Below are positions 56,880 to 64,000 of a DNA stretch of 64,000 bases, in pieces. The notes under the pieces are model-generated. The model had not been told where the DNA came from, made no database searches, and saw nothing but the letters and a program-made list of their open reading frames with translations. The stretch is from positions 219,749,238-219,813,237 of the forward strand of contig NC_133621.1 in the NCBI RefSeq assembly GCF_048593235.1. The letters run 5' to 3'. Within the stretch, counting starts at the first letter, position 1; each line of letters begins with the position of its first letter. A program made the position numbers and the translations under genes. Source of the DNA: Sminthopsis crassicaudata (taxonomy: Eukaryota).

Positions 56880-57612
56880 TCACTTCCCTTTATAATCTGA
56901 CTCCCCACCCCCATCCCCCAACCACCTTTCTCATCTTGATTGGGTGACATTGTTGTTCCTTGAACAAGACATCCCATCTCCCCACTCTGGGCAAGGTCAG
57001 TGACTGTCCCCCATTACTGGAATGTTTTACCTCCTCATTTCTATCTCCTGACTTCCCTGGCTTTCTTCTTGTTCCAGCCAAAATTCTTACCTTCCACAGG
57101 AAGCCTTTCCCAATCTAGCGCCTTAACTGTGCTGATTACTTCCTTTTTTTTTTTTTTTAATTTTTATTTTATTTTATAATTATAACATTTTTTTGACAGT
57201 ACATATGCATGGGTAATTTTTTACAACATTATCCCTTGCACTTACTTCTATTCAGATTCTTTCCCTTCCTCCCCCAACCCCCTCCCCCAGATGGCAAGCA
57301 GTCTTATATATGTTAAATATATTACAGTATATTCTAGATACAATATATGTGTGTAGAACCGAATTTTTTGTTGCACAGGAAGAATTGGATTCAGAAGGTA
57401 AAAATAACAGTTTACACTCATTTCCCAGTGTTGTGCTGATTACTTCCAATTTATCCAGGATGGAGCTTCTTTGCATCTTGTTTGCCTAGTTTTTCCTCCA
57501 TTAGACTGAGAACTCTGGTTTTTTGCCTTTTTTTTTTTTTTAATTTTTATTCCCAGTGCTTAATACTGAGTCTGGCACATAATAGATACTTAATAAATGT
57601 CTATTAATTGAC
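56880..57612 (+). mobile_element. LINE-2 3' end, split by a young L1 insertion
   Basis: L2 body plus terminus cccagtgcttaatactgagtctggcacataatagatacttaataaatg. Confidence 0.7.
57144..57431 (-). mobile_element. Young 5'-truncated LINE-1 with perfect 16-bp TSD
   Basis: Poly-T start on + strand; TSD tgtgctgattacttcc at 57128-57143 and 57432-57447. Confidence 0.88.
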
Positions 57613-58285
57613 TAACTTCCCTTCCTGCAAATCTCTGAAGTTTTGGTTTTCTTTGAGTCTGAGGCTCCTGAGACCATTGAGGTCATTAGACTACCCATGA
57701 TAACCCCTCTTTCTGGGGCATTTGGGGGATTAGATGTGCCCTGGTCTCATTGAAATTCTCTCCCAACCCTTTCCTTCCCTTCTTAGCTGCTGGCATTTTC
57801 CCAGATTGATTCCTGGCTTTGCACTCTCCCTCTGTGTTCTACAAACAACCTCAGAATGTTAGGAACTTTTTCCTTTCTTGCTCTACTTCCTTTTAATTCA
57901 ACTCCTTGCTCTTGATAACACAAACAGTTAATTAACTGACCTCTTGATTATCTAGAGATGGTCTGTTAAATTGATAAACTATGTGTAGGAACTAAAGTTC
58001 TGAACTTCTCCCCCTCCCCCAACTAGATAGATTGCTGCTCAGGGAACAAAACTCATTTCAGTCTTAGCAGAAGCAAAATATAAGTAACTAATGCCAAAAA
58101 GATGGTGTGTCTCTAAACTAAAGAAAGATTTTTTTTTCATTGTCCTCTATTTATTTCATTATTAGCCATATTGGATAACACATGTTACTGCTTTCCGCTC
58201 TCCAGCATAGATGATTGAAAATTGACTCTATTATACATACAGAACAAAGTAGAAATAAACTAAGGGCATTTGGATAGATTGAGGT

Positions 58286-58540
58286 NNNNNNNNNNNNNNN
58301 NNNNNNNNNNNNNNNNNNNNNNNNNNNNNNNNNNNNNNNNNNNNNNNNNNNNNNNNNNNNNNNNNNNNNNNNNNNNNNNNNNNNNNNNNNNNNNNNNNNN
58401 NNNNNNNNNNNNNNNNNNNNNNNNNNNNNNNNNNNNNNNNNNNNNNNNNNNNNNNNNNNNNNNNNNNNNNNNNNNNNNNNNNNNNNNNNNNNNNNNNNNN
58501 NNNNNNNNNNNNNNNNNNNNNNNNNNNNNNNNNNNNNNNN
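58286..58540. other. Assembly gap (N run)
   Basis: 255 N. Confidence 1.
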
Positions 58541-61500
58541 GTATGCATTGTGCAATATTGAAAAATATTTTTACAAACTATATTTTAATTTTTGTTATAT
58601 TTTGTCTTTTTTTTCATGACTTTAATTTCCAAGGATCTCCTTCCTTCTTGCCAATAGAGCCATTTCTTATAACAAAAAATATAAAAGAACAGAAAACAAT
58701 AGCTCTTAAAAGTTATGAGAAGACAACTATTATGTCTTCTCTAGGCTAAAGACCTCTACTCTCTTCAGCTTATCTGAATAGTATGAATAGAGCATATTAT
58801 GGAGTTGAATCCCCTTAACATCTTGGTCACCCTATGGCTTATTCATATCCTTCTTAGAATATAATGGCTTTCCCCCTCATTTTACACATGAAGAAAACCC
58901 ATCATCACAGAGTGAATGAAGTAAGGTGTCAGAGACAGGATTTGAAAACCCAAATGTTCTGACTCTGAAATCCAAGGCATTTTGACTAGCCTAAATTGAT
59001 TTGTCTACGTGGAAAAGTTGGGTTAAAAATGTAAGGCATTATATCACATAAGTGTCAGCTGAAATGATAGAGTAAGTACTAAAGTGTTTTTGTGTGTCAA
59101 CGCTGTGGACTCTCCCATCCTGGAGGGCTGTGACCACAGGAGAAGCTTCCCCAGACTGAGATGCTTAAGGAGTCTGGGGGAGGGCAGCTGTGAAGTTTTA
59201 TGTTTCTGCCACTCATGACTTTACCCCTTAGCTTGTTGGACAGCAGCCACAGGGAGATCCTGGCAGAAGAGTAGCATTTGGGAAAAAGGATCAGCCTAGG
59301 GCCGATTCTAGAGAGGGAATGATCAATAGAAATGGGAAGTGTGAGAGCATCACAGAGATGACTATTTTACTGCAGCCTTACTCAGCCTTCCCTCCTCCAC
59401 TCTCAGCCCTTCCCCCAAGCTATCTACAATGAGCCAGCAAAATGCTGGGTAGGATGGGTAGTGCCAGGTGCTCCACCAACAAGGGTGAGAGTGGAGATGG
59501 GGGGAGGGCTGGAGAGAGGGAGGCAGAGGGTAGGGGGAAGGGATATTTTCACATGGATTGATGTGCTTTTAGAGGATGGGATCTAGTGGCACATGACAGG
59601 GAGAAATGCCAGGCTCCTTTTTTATTTTAACCTCCTTCTCCCTATTTGGCATGACTTTGTCAGTTTCACAATTGGGTGAGCAAACTGCAGAGAGTCTGAG
59701 AACCTATCAGCTCTATTTTTCATTCTCATACACAATCTCCTTTTCTCTCTCTTTCTCTCTTTTGGTCTCCATGTTCTCCCCCAGGCCATCTTACATAATA
59801 ATTATGCCTTTCTCTTCAGTCTTGATTTTCTATTTTGTCTAAGTTCCTACTTCTATAGCCAAAGCCCAATTTCTTTTGTTTAGTCCGTGGATGAGATGGA
59901 GATAATAAGCCTGTTATCACTTTTGGTAAAATTATATTTGTAGCCTTTATTAATCATTTTCACTCCTCCTCATTCCACCTCTCCCCAATCTTTCTTTTTT
60001 AAAGATAAATGACTCTACTTTTCATTTATTTCTTTTTTTTCCCCTACCTCTCCTCAAATGTGGAGTTCCAAACTGGATTATTTAGCTCTTTTTATTCAAC
60101 CAAATACTTGGAACCAGATAGAAAGCCGTTTTTCTTTTAAGGATGGGAAGATCAGGAAGGCATGAAGGAATTAAGGCAGAGCAGAGAATCAGAGAGAAGG
60201 ACCTTACAAACTGGGAGGCCAAAGTGTAGGGAGATAGCCTAGTATTTGCCAGAGAAGGTTTTGTGGAATAGGCTAGCTAAGTTCAAGATGAGAACCAGAA
60301 CTGAAAAAGAAGTGAAACTTGAGATTTAACCTCTCTTGAAGTAAGAACTGGCCTTCTAAGCTTTCTCTTCAAAGTTTAAAGTCTTTTTCAATTCTCCAGT
60401 CACCATTATGGTCAAATTGACTCTCCACTGTCATCCCCAGTCTTGGCTGGGAGGATTAGGCATCAGAGGGAGAGTGATTTCAATTCTGGGAAAGTACGTG
60501 AGGTGAGAATGGATTCTATATGTTGCAGACTTAGAAGGAAGAGATGGCCTTTAGAGCACTCCAAGAATGTCTCACAGGTGATGTAGAAGGAAAACTTAAT
60601 TTAAGATGCTTTGAGACAGAATAAGATTATCTGGAAGAGAATAATAGGTTGTCCAAAAATTTTAAAAAGGATATAAAGGCTGAAAGGACAGGAGGTAGAT
60701 TCCCATTTGCTCTCTTTTCCTTTCCCTCTTTTAGAAAGCCAAAGTCTCAGTCTGGAACGGTTTGGTTTAGCACTAGCTTATTGTTTTACAAAGTACCATG
60801 CTTTTTGCTTAACCATAAGAAATTTGATGGCACCTTATGGATAGGTCGTTTGTCCAAATGAACTCCTACTGTTTCCAGCTTCCCTTTATTCTCTTTTCTC
60901 CTTTTACTGCTTCTCCACTGATTCCCCCCAGCCCATGTTCAAGGGCCCTTGTTTCCCTTCAGAGGCACAGATTTGTGGGTCTAATTTTATACCCAGCTTG
61001 GTCCAATGCCACTGTTTTGCCCCCTCCTCCCATTCTCTCATCCACCCCTTGCTTTTCCCTCCTCTGACTGTCTGAAGGATATTTATAGTCAGGCTAATTC
61101 TGGGAGGCTTCTCACTTCTCTCTGTCTTTGTCCTACTATTCTGGATGAGGTGATTTCCCAAAATATTTGGATTTGGGAAGTCAGGAGAAGATTCTTGGCA
61201 TCTGCTCGAACCCTGGGATTTGGTGAAAACAGCAGGGTGGAGTGCAGATGAGAGTAAATAGAAGCATGAAGGTGCTGATCAGGGGAGTGGCTGGTGCTGC
61301 AGGAAAGATTGGAAAGTGGTTGTATGCTGTAGGAGCTAGAGGTCTGGCTTAAGATTCAGGAGACCTGGACATTTCTCATTAGGGCAATTAATTTATTCTC
61401 TTAGTTTCAAGGATGAAGAAGTTAAAAACATAATCTCTGGGGTACATCCAGAAAATCCAAAGGAGATACAAAAGGAAGTTGTGATTAGAGTTATAGAAGA

Positions 61501-62719
61501 TATAGGATACGGGTCGAACCTGAGGAAAAGAGGGAAAGATACACAAGAAAAGGGAATGAAGAAAGTCTTTGAGTGAGAGACAGATATAGATTATGGAAAT
61601 GAAAAAAACTCAACAAGAAAGATCACAGCAGTCACAAAGGAAGAGAAAGAGGAGATGTAGAAACGACCAGAAAGATGAAGAAAAGGGGAAAAAAATAGCA
61701 TGACACAAGGAAACACATGAGATGATGTGGAGAGGGAACCCCAAAAGAGAAGGGGGAAACTTTGGGGCCTTCCAAATGGTTTCTATCTCTTATTCTGGCC
61801 CTGGTGTTAGCTAGAGTTATAAATAGCAGGGAAGTTGGAAAATGTTCCCTGCTCTCTCTTCCCCACCCCTTTTCTTCTCCTGGCTTTTTCGGGAGTGTGT
61901 GTCTGGGCCTTTGTCCCAATAGTGTGAAAGTGTGTGGAAGGACAGACATGCTGGTCCCCTTAGGAATTCCTAGTCAGCCCCACCTAAGAATCTGCCTGGA
62001 GTTACCCTAACACTCTCCACCTTTCCTCTCTCTGACCTTGAATCCAAAGGGATAGAGCCAGACATTGAAGAGGTTATAGAGAATAAAGGACACAAACCCC
62101 AGTCTTCCCCCTTCTTAACCTTCTGCCTCCTTCCATGTGTCTACACTCTTAGCACCCTGTAGAAAACAAAACAAAAAAACTTCCTTCTTTCACCCAGTGA
62201 CTTTTTCTCCTATCTGCTCAGCTTTTCTCCCCTTCTTTCTCCACATTTCTTTTTCCTTCCTAATTATTTTTCTTCTCTCGCTTTCAGCCAGCCCATGTCC
62301 TTATCTCTTAATTTCCCTTTTTCTTCTCCAACTCCCTGGAAACCTAGAAGCCAGAAGTTATAGCCATTGCCCCAGGTTGGATTCGTGTTGAGTAGGGGTA
62401 GTATAAGTGAGGGGGAGGGAGAGAGGGCATTAGTTTCCAGGGAATCCTTCACGAGTTTAGGGATTAGCCCAAATCCTGTCCAGGTAGAGAGACTCTTCAT
62501 CTTGTCTTATTCAGTGTTCAGGTATCGAGGCTCCTCATCCTGTTTCACTCCGAGTTCAGGAATAGAGACTCCTCTTACTCCGTGTCTGTCTTTATGCTTT
62601 TTTCTCGGAGTTTAACTTCCATTCTCCTCTGTCCTCCTGTTCCCTAACCCCTCCCTTCCTTTCATTCTTTTTTCCTCTCTGTTTCTCCCTCCCCCCCCCC
62701 CCCCCAAATTGCTTAGCCC

Positions 62720-63224
62720 ACTCTCCTCGCGCCGCCTCCAGCCCAGGCCGGCAGCCACGGCACAGCTCTCACCCAGGGGAGAACAGCCAGAAGCCCCGGG
62801 ACGTCGAAGCTTTGTGTGGGGGTGGGATGGGGTGGGGTGGGGAAGGCGCGGCTGAGTCTTGAGGGGGAATGAAGAGAGTACTTCCGACCCTGACTCCTTA
62901 CCGGCTTCTTCCACCTGCTAGGACTGAAGGAGGAGCCAGGGGAGGGGCCAGGGGCGGTGCCCCCCGGGGGATGGGACTGGAGTAGGAGCGGGAGCCTGAG
63001 CTCCGCAGGTCATCCACAGTCTGGGCTGCGGACCGAGAGCTGTGCTAGAAGGAGCCGGGATCCAGAGGAATGAAGGCTAGAATGTGAGAGGAGTATTTGA
63101 GCACAGGAGGGTGCGATCACAAAGAGCTCTGAAGATCAGAAAAGAATTCCGGGGCGATCCGGGAAACCCGAGAGGAGAGCGCGGATCTGGATCCTGGGAA
63201 AGGGGTTGGCGGTCCACATTTCCC
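62720..63224 (+). promoter_or_regulatory. ITGA7 CpG-rich promoter and 5' UTR
   Basis: CpG enrichment and GC box ggggcgg near 62951-62957, directly upstream of the ITGA7 ATG. Confidence 0.6.
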
Positions 63225-63409
63225 ATGGCCGGAGCTCGCCCGTCGCTGTGCTGCCTCTGGGGCTCCCTATTCTTGGGGTGGCTGCTTCCCGGGGCCGGTG
63301 CCTTCAACTTAGATGTGATGAGTGCTCTGCGCAAGGAGGGCGAGCCTGGCAGCCTGTTTGGCTTCTCCGTGGCCCTGCATCAGCAGCTTCGGCCCCGTCC
63401 CCAGAGCTG
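63225..63409 (+). CDS. ITGA7: Integrin alpha-7, first coding exon (gene continues beyond the window)
   Basis: cccATGg; MAGARPSLCCLWGSLFLGWLLPGAGA/FNLDVMSALRKEGEPGSLFGFSVALHQQLRPRPQS+TG|gtgagt; FNLD is the mature N-terminus. Confidence 0.96.
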
Positions 63410-64000
63410 GTGAGTCGCTCAGTTCTAGAGGTCCTAGGTTGTTCCCAGCCCATCTTTATCCCCCAACTTTTGTTTCCCCATCTGCTCTAGATCTTCCCCT
63501 CGTATCTTAGCGCTTGCATTCTAAGTCGAGCCCCACCCTCTCTTCCTATATCCTAAAATGCCCAACTTCTACCTTATCTCAAGACTGGGAATCTGGACTC
63601 AGTTTTCCTGCGACGGGCTAATTAGCCTCGGGAATTGGTTTCCAACCTGCCTCTCTCAGCCCTGAGATTGGGCGTTAATTCTAGTAGCAACGTTAATAGC
63701 TTCAAGACGTGTTATTTAGATTGACTCAGTTACTGAGAGTACCCAGTCCCAACCGAAAGGGTTCCACAGAGGGAGGAGACATACCATTCTCGGGCTGTTC
63801 AGAGGAGGGGGAAGGGGCTGAGACTAAGAGAAAAGCTTGGAGGTTAGACACCAGAAATAACTTCCCAGCTGCCAATGTCGAGAGATGGGCGGTCTGGAGG
63901 GGAGCAAGATAAATGGAGCCTCCTTTCCAGGAGGTTTTTATTTTTAATTGAAATTAAAAAAAATGAGATAGAGACCTGGCACTCTGTTGGCTAGGGTAGG

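Noticed and set aside
59425-59490. Possible upstream alternative ITGA7 exon (ATG CTG GGT...AAG G|gtgaga)
   Set aside because: It ends in phase 1 whereas ITGA7 exon 1 ends in phase 2; no other support.
60812-60840. Inverted CCATAAG/CTTATGG pair resembling SRF CArG half-sites
   Set aside because: Neither forms a complete CC(A/T)6GG box.

Overview
Mammalian, non-prokaryotic DNA: a marsupial gene-dense interval, probably dasyurid (e.g. Tasmanian devil), judged from WSINE1/Mar1-type SINEs and the L1 3' ends. It is a draft assembly with five N-gap blocks. Gene order matches human 12q13.2 read in reverse: SARNP (last two coding exons, +), GDF11 (3 exons, -, 390 aa), CD63 (7 coding exons, +, 238 aa), RDH5 (4 coding exons, -, 318 aa), BLOC1S1 (4 exons, -, 125 aa) and ITGA7 (first coding exon, +). 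I assembled all internal genes by hand; GT-AG boundaries and codon phases are consistent. The main unexplained structure lies in the GDF11-CD63 intergenic interval (32.5-40.0 kb). It contains a promoter with two RFX X-boxes, then about a dozen exon-like segments with good splice sites, partly phase-consistent but carrying stop codons. This looks like an unannotated decayed (unitary pseudo)gene or a spliced lncRNA; I could not identify its protein. It also contains a circularly permuted local duplication. Other highlights: an in-frame alternative first exon in GDF11 intron 1, a CDX/TCF motif cluster in that intron, a myostatin-like GDF11 core promoter, no GDF11 polyalanine tract, a possible in-frame BLOC1S1-RDH5 fusion, and a candidate SARNP poison exon. 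Comparisons to human sequences and repeat family names are from memory, not from searches.
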